A stretch of DNA of 64,000 nt from Lama guanicoe (Eukaryota), in contig MU053881.1 in the NCBI GenBank assembly GCA_013239625.1, positions 9,571,957-9,635,956 of the forward strand. The letters are read 5' to 3'. Position numbers and translations under genes: made by a program. Positions 14,296 to 27,360 of this stretch are shown here, one piece after another. How positions within the stretch are numbered: position 1 is the first letter of the stretch; the number at the start of each line of letters is the position of its first letter. The notes beneath the pieces were generated by a model, which saw only the letters and a list, made by a program, of their open reading frames with translations, did no database searches and had not been told where the DNA came from.

Positions 14296-14514
14296 AGCGG
14301 TTATGAACTGGGGATGATTTTATGCCTTCAGGGACATTTCGCGATTCTGAATGTATCTTTCTTGTTGTTGTCGTCACAACTGGAAGACAGGACGAGGGAT
14401 GTTACAGGTGCTCTAGTGGAAGAGCCCATGGATGCTTCTGAGCATCCTTCAAGGCACGGGGACCAGCGCACCCCAACAACAAAGAATGACCAGGCTCATG
14501 CTGAGAAAGCCTGT
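14296..14514 (+). mobile_element. MER20 hAT-Charlie MITE
   Basis: CAGCGGTTATGAACTGGGGATGATTTTATGCC...CCCCAACAACAAAGAATGACCAGG...TGAGAAAGCCTG. Confidence 0.8.
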
Positions 14515-14709
14515 TCCAGAATAAAGCAGGATTAGATGAACACTAAGAGTCTACCCCCAACCCTTTTTTATTTTTTTTGGTGATTTTTGTGATTCTAAGA
14601 GGTATGATCTAAATACCAGACCCATTTCTTTCTAATTTCTACAAGTATCAGGGATTTGGGCTTTCATCATGTTTTCTTCTATGTTTTTCATGTTTAGGGT
14701 CCCTAATTT

Positions 14710-15000
14710 TTTTTTTAATTGAAGTATAGTCAATTTACAATGTGGTGTCAGTTTCTGGTATACAACAGTGTGATTTAGTTATATATATATATATATATCT
14801 TGTAATAACCTATACTATGTAGCACAAGAAACTATATTCAGTATCTTGTAATAACCTAGAATATATATATATTCTTTTTCATTATAGGTTATTACAAGAT
14901 ACTGAATATAGTTTCTTGTGCTACATAGTTCAACCTTGTTGTTTATTTTATATGTAGTAGTTAGTATCTGCAAATCCCAAACTCCCAAATTACACCTCCC
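14710..15000 (-). mobile_element. 5'-truncated L1 3'UTR fragment with 15-bp TSD and internal inverted duplication
   Basis: Poly-T then AATTGAAGTATAGTCAATTTACAATG. TSD TAGGGTCCCTAATTT at 14695-14709 and 15001-15015. Confidence 0.95.
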
Positions 15001-15769
15001 TAGGGTCCCTAATTTCTGTGAGGAAAAATCACAGAGATCAACCTGAAAAGTTAATCAGGTAAAATCAATTCAGTGAAACATTCAAAAAATATTTGCTGGG
15101 GGCCTTCTATGTCCCAGTCATCTTGTGAGGAGGCCCCGTGACAATCACGATGGACCGATGCCTTGCTTAACAGTATTCCTGAGCTCCAGTCGGCAGCATC
15201 TTTAAAATGGATTCAGTGAGTTGAATTCCTCAGGTTCCAAGCACTGGGTATCGAATAGTGGAGGCGGATTCACTACCACACATCATCAAATCAAACTGTT
15301 CTGCTGGCAAACCTGAAATGCTCGGTAATTTCAAAGATAAGAGAGTCTATGTGTTTTCACAGACACACATTTTCATGTGAAAATTAGTCCTCATAAAGTC
15401 TTACCAAGTCAAGCTAATGGAAACGCCAGATTACTGGAAAGAAAATTTTTGCATTATAAAATATTGAAAGGAAATAGCTGTCAGCTACCTTACATTTCCA
15501 AAGCCCTTTTTTTTCACTATGAAAAATGAAATGCTTCCACATATAATGTCTCAAATCTTTAGTCCTGAAAGAAGTGTGCAATATCTATTTTATTTTACCC
15601 ATTTCATCGGTGAGAATTGAGGTTCAGAGCTAGGGTACCGTGAGCACAAGCTACCAAAATGCTGGAGTGAAGAAATGGGTTAATGAATAAATACTAAGGA
15701 TGTGTAACTACTGTAGCCAATCACAAGCAGTGGCCCTGGCGGTGGCAGGAAGGCATACACACGCCTCTG

Positions 15770-16163
15770 CTGTGGGATGCTGCCTGTTAACTCCCTAGTA
15801 GATGTCCTTCAGCACCCATGACCACCTTCACAGAGTCCCTGCCCTTCTTGGAATGTTCCCAGCCCATGACCACACAGGCCTCCTCCAGTGGGACAGGGGA
15901 CTTCAACAGATGACTCTGGCACAAGGACTTTGCATCAAACTGCCCCAGGCTTTCTTAGGACTCTGCTGCAGTCTGAGACTTCCCGACTCCACCTGTCTTT
16001 CCTGCCCTCCCTCTTTGATAGGTGTCAGACCTACACGACTGCCTGAAAGCTCTCCCCACTAAGCCTGCTTCTCCCCCTTCATCCTTCGCAGATAATTTCC
16101 CTCAGTTAATCCCCCCATGTGTAATTCCACTGCCACATCCGCAAAAGGATCCGAGCTAACACA
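15770..16163 (+). mobile_element. LTR16-type (ERVL) solo LTR
   Basis: CTGCTGCAGTCTGAGACTTCC, AGGTGTCAGACCT...TGAAAGCTCTCCC, terminal GAGCTAACACA. Confidence 0.7.
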
Positions 16164-18681
16164 GGCGTTCTCTGCCTCACGTGGGAACAAGCAGTATCAG
16201 AGAGACCTGACCCCGTGCCACGCGACGTGCTAGTTGCTTTACAGGTATCTCATTTCACTGCCTTGTCAAAACAACCCTGTCTGGTGTGCATGTTGTTATT
16301 ATTCCAATGTTATAATTCAAGAACCGTCTCGAAAACTCTCAGGGATTTCCTGGCAAACGCAGACTTCAATCTGGGCAGTGGGACTTTGAAGACCCAAGCT
16401 CTCTTAAACACTCCGCTCAACTTCCTTAAATCCATTTTATTTATTATAGGTAAACATTACTACTGCAGAATGTTTCATGCATTCCCTAATTAAAATTCTT
16501 CTTTCAATATTGCTTATGCTATTTTTTTCCTTACACTATAATTTATTTGCTATTTCCAGACTTATTTTTAGATTCCCAAATAATACATGAACATGTTCTT
16601 ATTCTAACAGCATCTAACAACACAGAAGCAGAAATCCTATTTATAGACAGCTAACTACAGACCGTAGCTTTTGAGGAGGTGAATTTCAATGAATAGTTCC
16701 CTATCTGAATTATTCTTTATTCCAACTAAATCAAATGCAGTGATATTTGAAACTACAATCTGAATCCTGATGTACAACTGTGAATAAATGGCCTTCAGGG
16801 GCCATGCGTGCCCTAAAGTTTGAGGAGAGAACCCAGGGGGAAAAAATGCAACCTTTATTATTAAGAATAGGTCCATGCATCTGCAGTGAGGAGTCCATCT
16901 TTCAAAGGAGATAAAATGTCAATGTAGGTGCCCTCAGATTCTTTTTTTTTTTAAGCCAAAGCGGAAGATGTTCACCTCTCAGAAATGGTTCTGTAGACTC
17001 TGAGACTGGCCCAGCCTCCTGAATCAGACTCCCCAGACCAGCCCAGGTGGCCGTGCTCCTTCAGAGTTTCCTTTCTGTGATCTCCCCTTTATTGTGCAAA
17101 TTCAACTCTGGTCACCCACACACGCTTCTCGAACAAAAGTTACTCATTTTTAAGCGCGTGATCTTGGATCTCAGCTTCAAGGTCTTCCTGGAGTTGAGCC
17201 GAGATGACTTTGTTATCTGCAAATCCAGGTTGACTCCTGCAACTCTCATTCGATGCTAATGCCCTTTACTTCTCATTCAGAGTTTCAGAACCTCTTGTCT
17301 CTCGGCAAATGGAGAAGGCAGGGATGAGGCGGCATTCCCTTCTCGGGTGCCGCATGTCAACCTGATCTTTTCACTCTCTCTGTCAAATTCAAATGTCACT
17401 CCACTATTCATGCGTATGGGAAGGATTTTCATCTACACCTCTCCAGCTTCTTTCAGAATTGCTTCAATTTCTCTGAAGTCAAAGGCCTTTTCAACCTTTG
17501 GAAATTACCTATGGAATCCATTAACATGACTTACTCAGTACACAATTACAGATGCTGTTGAGGGCTCAATAAAAAGAGAGAAGGTAAAATAAAAAAAAAG
17601 AAAGAAAGAAAAGAAAGCAAGCAAATAAAGGCTCAATAAAAAAAATTAAAGGTTTTGATGTGGAATTATTTCCAAGAAGAATTCTAACTTATGTAAGACT
17701 TCTGAATATGTGTTCTTTCCTTGTAGAGGTCTCTCACAGTTAATTTTAACTGATACCTTCTCTAGCAAACATTCATGATTATTTTCCTGATGATACAAGT
17801 AGTAAGATCAATACATTTTGCCCTCAGAACTTAGTGATGAGGTTTTTAATATAAGAATTTATTAAATTAACCCCTTCTGGTTTTTCCCAAATGAATAAAA
17901 ATCTGGTGGGCCTATCTTTGCTTCTTTAAAAGTGAGCTAATAATTTGTAACCATGTTTTTGGAAAAGTCTTCCCATACTGACATAGGAAATATTCAAAGT
18001 ATTAAATGAATGAAAAGGGCAGAGTCCAATACTGTATATTATCAACTCAATTTTGTCAGTATGGAAGGATGGATGGATGGATAGAATAAAAAACTCTGAC
18101 AGAAACAGAAAGCAAAAAGGTCCTTCTGGAAATTGATGTGGGTCTTTTGGTGATAGTTTCGGTGGCAGGGGGTGGTCATAATATTTAAAGATTAGGGACC
18201 ATTTCTTTGGGGCTAACAAAGGCCACAGATCATTATGACTCTTCTGGCCTCATGCCTGTAAAGAGCAAAATGGGGACACCAGGGTGGCTCAGATGTTCCC
18301 TCTGCGTGTCCTGATTTTCGCAGCCTTAATGATGCCTCATAAAACTTGTGAATTAAACTGCTCATTGTCTATGAGTTTTATTCCTACCATCTTTGTGTTC
18401 ACTCTCAGTCTTCTAGGACTAAGGATAAGACGGTTAACCACAGTGATCTCTGAATGGGGAGAGAGAAAATATTCCCTTTTAGTTTTATACGTTTTCTACA
18501 ATGAGTACGTCTTGCCTTTACAATTAAAATGTCATAAGGTAAGATAAAAGATTACATGAATTTTACATAAGGTTCCAGGAGTCTGACACTTCCTCTGTGT
18601 TTAACATCTTAAAAGAGTGAATATTCAAAGCCTTCAGGGCAATCCTAGAGAAAGATATCAAGGGATGGGCCTTGGACTCAC

Positions 18682-18729
18682 CACTGCACGCCTATGTGGA
18701 GCCTCTTTGTGACTCCCTCCATTTCTCTT
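18682..18729 (-). other. Candidate 48-nt spliced exon, product unknown
   Basis: Minus-strand acceptor TCTGTTCCATTTGTTTTGCAG| and donor GTG|GTGAGT. Confidence 0.35.
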
Positions 18730-20588
18730 CTGCAAAACAAATGGAACAGACACATGACGTTCTCATCTTTGCTAAATTATCCATCCTCAGTTATGTGAGG
18801 GTCCCTGATCGGTAATTTATCTTCCAGGAAATGGCCTGGGTCCTTCCTTGTTTCCCACTGCCCTCAACTCCCATGCGCCCTTGCTGGCAGCTCTACATCC
18901 TTTGGCAACTCATCTAATCCTCCTTCCAACTCCCCTCTGTGCATATCTCTTTCAGGATAGGGTCTGGAGAACATGCAATGTAAAATTTTACATGTATCCT
19001 GTTTTCCAAAGAGCAGCATGTCTCTTCTCCAACTCGTGTTACCATGTGCAAACCCGACCAGGATGCATTTGGAAAGAGGCGGTTGTCATGAAGCTCTATC
19101 TACTTGGCCCGTTATCTCTCGATGCCACACCTCTGCTCTAATTGCTCCATTCACACTGTGAATTTCCCAATCTTCCCTTAGGAGAGCTCCCTGGAATTTC
19201 AGAAGAGCAGCATGATGCCAGATTGTATAGACTGGAACACTTTCAATTCGTGAGATTCAACTGGCAATATTAAAGAATTAATTATAATGAAAATGCAAAG
19301 AAACAGAATCTTCAGTGAATTCCATCTGGGAACAGTCTTTTCTTAGGCCTCATACAATTTTTTGATCCAACCGAGCCTCCGATTTTTCTCTTTGCTTCAT
19401 ATCATGTGAAATACTGAATACTATGAGACATTGGCCCAAAAGTTTGGATAGAGGCTATCACTGGATTTCAATGCATTCTCAAAAGAATGTATTACCCCTA
19501 CAAGTGGCTACATATCCAGCCTACCTTCCAAGTGTACATGGCGATATTTTCCCCAAGAGCCTGACTTACACCTTAACTGCTCTGAGATGTTATTCCACAC
19601 ACACAAGAGGATCGACTCAAAAGGAAATCTCCAAAGATTTACACATCTTTTACTGAGTCAAAACAGCTATTAATGTAGGTGGGAAGAATCTATTTCCATT
19701 TACCACAGTGGAGTGAGAAGGAGAAAGACTATGATATTCATACCCTGCCAAACAAAATTCTTTGCTGTTTACCTGAATGATTTTTTAGGTACATTGGCTC
19801 ATCTCTCATGTTTAGAAACAATGATGAAGTTGTTGCCAGGAAAACAGCTTCGGTGTGTCATATATGGATTAGCCTCCTCCTCGCCCTGCAAGTTCACTGT
19901 CAATCATTTTAATGTCCCAGCCTAACATACATTTTGCAGGGTGTATTTGGGTGTCAACTCACAATATGGCAGAAAAGAGAAAAAAGTGACAAGGGAATTG
20001 ATATCCAGTTCATGTGAAGGCGTCCAAACATATGGCCAAGTGAACAAATTAATAAATCTAGTGCAGAAATAAGGAAACACATCACTTACATAAGTAATTT
20101 GAAGAAGGCATAATAAAAGGGAACAAAAGTGACAATGAAAAAAAACATGATACAGGCTGGTTAATTTGATAATTTCACTGGACTAAGTGTATAAAACAGT
20201 CTCCTAAAATTAACATATCTCATCTATTATAAATAGATTCTATTTTAGCACAAAGGTTTCCTCAGAATGGCTATGTTTTATGATTTCTGTGACTTAAGAA
20301 AAGAAAGGAATAGAAGTAAAGTAGCAAAATGCAGATCTGTTGTATAGAATGCAGACTCAGTATACATTTCAATACAAACAACAGTAAATGTGGACATCAA
20401 ATACAGGCTAGATGAGAAATCTGAGCCCAGAGAGGGGACTTGGGTAATTCCTTAGCTGCAATAAATGGCTGTGAACTCCTATTGGTTTTCCTAGCTCAAT
20501 AAGCCCTCCCTGCCTACAACGACTGACACCAGAGGATGTCACTTTGGTTTCTTTCTGCTCTGTGTAGCTTAATGGACACGCCAGATTT

Positions 20589-20626
20589 TAATAATAATAA
20601 TAATAACAACAACAATAATAATAATA
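20589..20626. repeat. (AAT)n(AAC)n(AAT)n microsatellite
   Basis: Read directly from the sequence. Confidence 0.95.
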
Positions 20627-23600
20627 GTGTCAGTGAACAAAAGAGTTATACTCTGGCACAAATTAAAACTCAACTAATTAAATGTATCAACAGTTAAAAG
20701 TGGTATCACTGAGATCTTGTTCAAGGTTCAATATTGTAATATTTTGCACTCCAGGTTACCAAAGAACTACAACAGAAAGGTTACTGATATTACTCATAAA
20801 TGAGGCCAATGCATATAGCCAGACCTAAGCAAACCAAAATATAATGGGGAGAGGTATTATAGAAACATTCCTGAAACATTATTTAAAAGAGCATAAGTGC
20901 ATTAAAGTCTATGAAAACATAAGTTCCACAGTTTTTATCATCCCAAATCCTTAGCTTCTTTGCATCACTCCCAAAGAAGCTTATTCAAGGAGTTCTTTTG
21001 AGAGAGAGAAAGAACAGAGAAGAAGCTGCCGGGCCAGGACAACCAGTCAATGGAAAGAACGCATTTACCTGCTATTTTTCTGTTTTTCTGCCACATTTCT
21101 TTATTCCCCCCACCACACACACACACAATTAAAGTACAAATCCTCCAATAAAGGAAAACACATGCCTGAAAAATGGTCATACACAAACTGTCCATCGTGG
21201 AGAGATACTGTGTATTTTTCTGAGCTTCCAAAAATGTTTTAATTATAAAATAAGACAGTCTAGTCTCAGCTCAGGAGAACCTATATTTAAACAGCAAAGA
21301 TCCCAAATCAAAGAAAAAATTAAGAAATCGCCAAGGTAATAAAGCTGATAAGTGGCAGAGGTGGAGCCCAGATCTTCTTATTTCAAAGTTATTCTGGAAA
21401 AGTCTTTGACACGATGTACTTAACTGACAATCAATTAACCAGAGAATCCAGGAAGAGCTATGCTAAATGCCTATGAAGTTGTGTGTTGGGTCCTACTATA
21501 GTTAAGATTAAATGACTTCTAGCATGAACAGAGAATGAGCAGGCAACCTGGAGGGAGGAGTGACTTTTCAGACTTCGGTTCTTTCTTCATTTACTACCAT
21601 GGATCCTCTCAAGGTGGGATGGTTTTGATTGGTTAGCAGCTACATGCATCTCTCCTTTGTTCTCTGTATCACCAACAGATAGCATCATAATGTTTTCGTT
21701 AAAGAAACATGTGTCCAGTTCTTTAACACTGCCACACCCCAGTACACAAGGCTGGGATGAAAAAGGAGAGGAAAGACTGTTTTACTTATTCAATACATCA
21801 AATCTAAAATTTAGGATGTCTGACATTTGTTATCAAATTCAGTGGTGGACAATACGACATATAAAAAGACTAGACACAGGACAAAGCCTGGATAACAAAT
21901 TAGCTGTTTGGAGGGGGGGCAACCTTCTCACTCCTGCCCCTGCCCTACCATATGGTAGCTGGTTATCTTGGTAACAGCAAAAGAAATTGGTGGGAGGCAA
22001 CTTAGAAAGTTAATCTAATTCTGGAGCTTACAAAAATTATTTGCATTGCTCTGAAAGGCAAGAAATGAGACTTTCCCTAATTCCATGGCATGAAGGTATA
22101 CCATATGGCCAATAAAATGCTCTAATAATCTGCAAGCCAAAAGATTTCTGTCTTTATTTCCATCACTCTCAGGCCCTGAGGACCACACGTGTGGTAGGGG
22201 ATGGGGAACACAACAGTTACCAACATTTTAGGGCAAAGTCTGAGAAATATGGGCACCAAAACTAAACACTGAAAAACCAAAGAATAGATGCTCCATTCAC
22301 TTTAATCCTTGAAGTTAAAGTGAGAAATAAACTGTATTTAAAGGATTTAGAGAATTTGGAATTGAGAAACCAATGTTCCTAATCAGTATCTTTTTGTAGC
22401 TGTTGTTCAATGCTCAGGACTGTTCTTTATAGTTTTCTTATAAAATGTCCATTTTCTGTTGTATGCGAAATTGGTCAATGTAGGCTAATATGAGGTAACA
22501 AATAATAGTTTCAAGAATCTTTTAAGCTGAGTGAAAATTAGTGTTTCTTAGTGAACATTTCATTACTCCACATTCATTTTATCAAATGAGAACGGTTCAG
22601 TTATAATTAGTTCTTTGAGGCTCTGTCCTCTTTACTTAAAAAAAAAAATTAAAAGCCCTTAAAAGTGTTCTATTTGCCCATAAGGTCTGGCTGTATTAAA
22701 CAGATAGTGCCTTACCATTTTCTAATATACAGTAAAAATACCATAAAGTTTTGCAATTAGTTAAAAAGTCAAAAACTCAGCAAGAAGTCTGATTTTTCCT
22801 CTCAACTATCCATTAATGAAGGTTTCAACGTTAATTGCCTTTTCATTAAAAATTCTTTAAAACCCTTTCTTAACATTCCGTACGAAATCAAATTAGCCTC
22901 TAAGCTTTGGAACAATCTCTCTAATTCTGTTGTGGACTCCCCTGTTCATTATTTGGATTGGTGAGATTAAGTAATGAACGTGTGCCTTTCAGATACTCCA
23001 GCAGACTGACTTTAAATTTTCTGGCATTATTATGGAGTTCTTTTTATTCAAGTCTTCTCTGAAATGAGTCATATTAGACAGAATCCTATTACCACAAGCA
23101 CTGACTAAAGAAAAAAAAATCTGCCATATAACAGAACTAAAATTCATGCCCCAAAAGTCTTGCCTCTGAAAACAGTGCTTTTGTTTCTGTTTGTTCCCAC
23201 AAGGATGAGGTCCTACTATGTGTAAGGCACTAGTCTAGTCACCTATAGCACTCTTCTTGTTCTAGACAAGGGTTCATATCCTTATCTATGACTGAACTCT
23301 TCTTGAATCTCTGGGTGAGTTACTGGTTGAGCTACATATTTCTCTTCTAAAAATGGAGATAATTACAGTGTCACCTCATGGGGTTACAAGTGAGTCAGTG
23401 CAACCAAGGCAGTGTAAGGTCCTGGGCTGCCTATTGAGGAAAGACAAGATAATGCTTGGATTCAAAATGCCTACAGTCCAGTAGGAGAGAAACAATGTGT
23501 ATCAATGTGTATGATGGAAGTAGAGAGAACTATGGGTCTTAAACAGCATCCAGAAGGGGTGTTAGAAGGGTTAAGAGAGAGGAAAGAATTGGGATGAAAA

Positions 23601-23767
23601 AAGAAAGGAATAAATATCCATTGTCTGCTTTCTGAAGGTCAAGTCCTCTGCTGGGTAGCTGTGAATAATTTCACATCAAAGAAGATGTTAGGTTCTCCAT
23701 GAAACCCCAGTGAGTATAGCCACTGAGAATCAGATGCCTTGAAGATGAATCAGATTTGAACATTTCC

Positions 23768-23990
23768 ACGTGCAGTGTGGTTTAAGAACACAGACTTTGA
23801 GACAGACAAGGATCTGAATTCCTGTTCTACGTTGGGCCATTCATTTCATCTCTCCAAGCCTCAGTGCTCTCACTGGGAAATGGGAATGCTAATATCCCTT
23901 CCTCCAGCTTTCTTCAAGTTTTCTGAATTAACTAAGATAATTCACGTGCAACTTAACCTGAGCCTGGCACATTCTCAATAATCATTACCT
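23768..23990 (+). mobile_element. MIR SINE
   Basis: GCAGTGTGGTTTAAGAACACAGACTTTG...CTCCAAGCCTCAGT...AAATGGGAATG...GCCTGGCACA. Confidence 0.8.
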
Positions 23991-24149
23991 ATGAAAAGTG
24001 AGAGGAATACAAGAGAGTTAGGTCTCCATATTTGTCAAATTTCCTTTTGATACATTATGTTGAGTATTAATTAAATTTTTTTCTTATAAAGGTATTTCAT
24101 TCATCTATTACCAATCATAAAAACAAATATAATAATACTCCTTCCAATT

Positions 24150-24700
24150 TTTAGTCCTTCCCTGAGCCTCCCTCCTGGACTTAGGATCCATATTTACAAC
24201 ACATCTGCCCATTGATTTTGTGGTTACATTCCTTATGTTCAAAACCAAATATATCTGCTCTACCATCATCAACTTTTTTTTTTCCATTTTCTATCTATAT
24301 CAATGGCCTCATTTCCTCTGCAACTTCTCTGTTATTCTCAAATTCCCCATGCCTTCCCCACCATGTATGACCTCTCACTGATTAGACAGGGAAACGTCTT
24401 TAAAATCCCTATCCCATCTCCTTCACGCCTACTAACACAGGCACCGGTCTGGTTCTGTCTCTCACCTGGAGTACAACAGAGAGATATCGACACACTCTCT
24501 GGCTTGCAGGTCTCTTCCCTGCTCTAATCCCCTTTCACATTTATCAGCAAACCTAGTTCTCTAAAATGTAAGCTGAGTCATGCCAGCTCCCTGCTTCAAA
24601 ACTCATGAGTATCTCCCCTGTACCTCTAGAATCAAGTGAAAACTCCTTAGTACTGTATGATTCCAGATTATCTTTCTAGCCTCATTTCCCAATAAATTAA
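24150..24700 (+). mobile_element. L2 LINE fragment
   Basis: Pyrimidine-rich L2 blocks, e.g. TCTAAAATGTAAGCTGAGTCATGCCAGCTCCCTGCTTCAAAAC. Confidence 0.6.
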
Positions 24701-26589
24701 GCCCTTCTCCTTGGCAATGTAGTAGTTAACAGTACAATCAACAAGCCAACTACATTCATAATGACCATGCAGTTCCTGCCTTTTTATTTCCTCCTTATGC
24801 TTCAGGATATAGTTCACATGTTCCCTTTTCCACAGATAATCCCTCTCCCCCAGCAGTAGAGCTGGGTCCCTCCTTCGGGTCCATCCCGCATGATCCTCTG
24901 AATTTCACTTACTCCTCCATAAAAAGGAAATGCATGCCTGACAGCTTGAGAACCAAATAGAACAATGTTTATTTAATACTGGAAAATTATAAACCATTAT
25001 AAAAAACAATGCCAGGCATGGAGCCAAGAACTTTATAGACATTATCTCATTCAATCCTTTAAATATTAAGGAGATACCACAAGTGAGGAAGTGTGTTCTT
25101 ATTTAAAAAAAAAAAAAAAAGAATAGGAGAAAAAGACCAAAAACTTCCCCCATCACATCATCTTTCATTTGTAGGATAAAATTTCACTCTTCTCAGAGGT
25201 GCTTCCACACATATAACTCTTTTGATCCCTTTTCTAAAAATTACACTTTCTTTTAACTTAACAACACGTAATCACTTGACATTAACTGGTCCACTGTACA
25301 GCAGGCTGCTATACAGACTGCTAACCAGAAATCTAACGTGATATTAAACTAGGTGGGGTGTTTGAGTCCCATTTGAAGGGTTAAACTGCATTAATTAATT
25401 ATGTAAGTTGAAATTCCTCAGGAGCCTTGGGGCCAAGGACCAATTCACAGAGCAGGAGGAGAATGAAACTAAAAGAACCTAATTAGTCATGTAATTAACT
25501 CTTTCAGTGATGTGATGATAACACTGCACAGTAGAAGTGTTAGGAATATGCTCAAGGACCATCAGGGTATCACTTGAATGTTTTCAAGAATGTGTCCAAC
25601 ACTGGAAAGAGAATTTAGCCTCACGAGTCAAAAATTATAGACTCATTTAAACTGCATCAATATGCTATGAACATGTACTGACCCTCCAGAACTGAGTCTA
25701 CTTTTTTTCCTAATTAAATATATTTTATCTATACACCTTGAAATATAGCGTCTGACAAAACACATTTTCTCCGTGGTTTTTGATAGACAGCAAATCTAAA
25801 ATAACTCAAAGGAAAAATGCGCTTTGTGGAAGTAGCTTATTTCATTCCGGAGACTAAATGCATTTGCAGAAAGGATTACATTTTGTTCGGCAATTTATTT
25901 TATTGACAAAACATATTTCATCACATATTCCATCACATTCAGCAGACAAATGCATGTTGTCAAATACCTTATTTCCTGCTTTTGACGAAAAACACATATA
26001 TTTCAGATTCCATATTTTTGTAAATGGTGGCATTCCACCAATAAGCAACATTTGCTCTAATGTGTCCAGAGGTGTCTGGATTTGGACTTGATCCAAGATT
26101 TATGACTTCTTCTTGCAGTGTAATGTAAATTAACCTCAGAGGGAATATTAATGTCCATCTTCACCCATAAAAACATCAAAATGCAGTTTACGTTGTAATC
26201 ATTATGAGAGGATCCTATTGTCTAAACATAAAACTCAAATGGTTCCCATACACTCACCAGCTGCTAAAATGCAATTACCCTTTACAAGGTAATGCACATG
26301 CAAAGTAAATATTTAATCTAACCTATTTGTATATCTGTTTAATGTTGGTAATTCAATTATTGTCTGTCCTTTCCATGTTTGCCCTCATGCCTGATAGAAG
26401 TATTAAATTATAAATAAGTTCTCAGAGGTCAAGAAGCAGGTCTGTGTAATTTGTTCTGAGGAACACGCAGCACAGCACTTCATGAAAACAGGTGCTTGAT
26501 AAATTCATGGTTGTGGCACAAGGGTAGTGACCTTTCCCAGCCAAAAATCTTCTATCACCAAAACATGTTTGCCTTTTCTCATGTCCACC

Positions 26590-27360
26590 ATCATTTAATG
26601 AGCAACCACCATATGGCAAGCACTGTAAAAACTTCAAAGGATGAAGAGACTGACAACCATGGTCCCTGCCCTCATGGGGTCTACAGTCTAGTAGGCAGAG
26701 TAGACATGAAGATAATTACAATCCAGGCTGATCCAGGAAAGATGGAGTTTGTGCTGGGTCCACATATGGTACAAAGGCAGGAGGGACTGACACTTTTGGA
26801 CTGGGTGGAAAAAGGATGTATTTGATAAATAGACATGAGTGGGGTTTTGAGACCAAACAGCAGTGAAAGATGCTCCAGGAAGGGAAAGACGTCGTGTGAT
26901 ACAGAGGAAACAGGCGTGCATCTGTGTGTGTGTGTGTGCGCACGTGCGTGCGTGCGTGTCTGAGTGTCTATAAACCCATCATTCTATCAATATTACTCTA
27001 ATGTGAAGTACGAGGGAGACCTACACAAAATGACATTAAAGAGGTTAAACGAGCCTTGAGGGGCCTTAGATGCCAAAGAGCTTGGTAAATCATGTGTATG
27101 TCTTGGGAAACCACTGATAATTCACACACGGTCAGATTTTCATGGAAAATCATTGGAATGGGTGGGCAGAAAGTACAATGACAAATTTGAAACCTGTTGA
27201 GTTACTCCAAGAAACACGTAAAGGGTGTAAACAATGGTAGTAGTAATGTGAATAAGGAGATTGCAAGGATTCTAGAGACAATCAGGAGGTTAAAAAAAAT
27301 AAGACAGCACATAAAGGGTGAAGAAGTATAGGGATTCCTGGGGCTTCTGCTCTGAGTAAC
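26590..27360 (-). mobile_element. L2 LINE fragment with (TG)n/(CGTG)n microsatellite
   Basis: CATTTAATGAGCA...GGTCCCTGCCCTCATGGGGTCTACAGTCTAGTAGG (L2 3' end); microsatellite 26923-26958. Confidence 0.7.

Noticed and set aside
16880..17508. Long coding exon or processed pseudogene on the minus strand (VEKAFDFREIEAILKEAGEV)
   Set aside because: All frames stop within about 25 codons of the acceptor and I recognise no parent protein.
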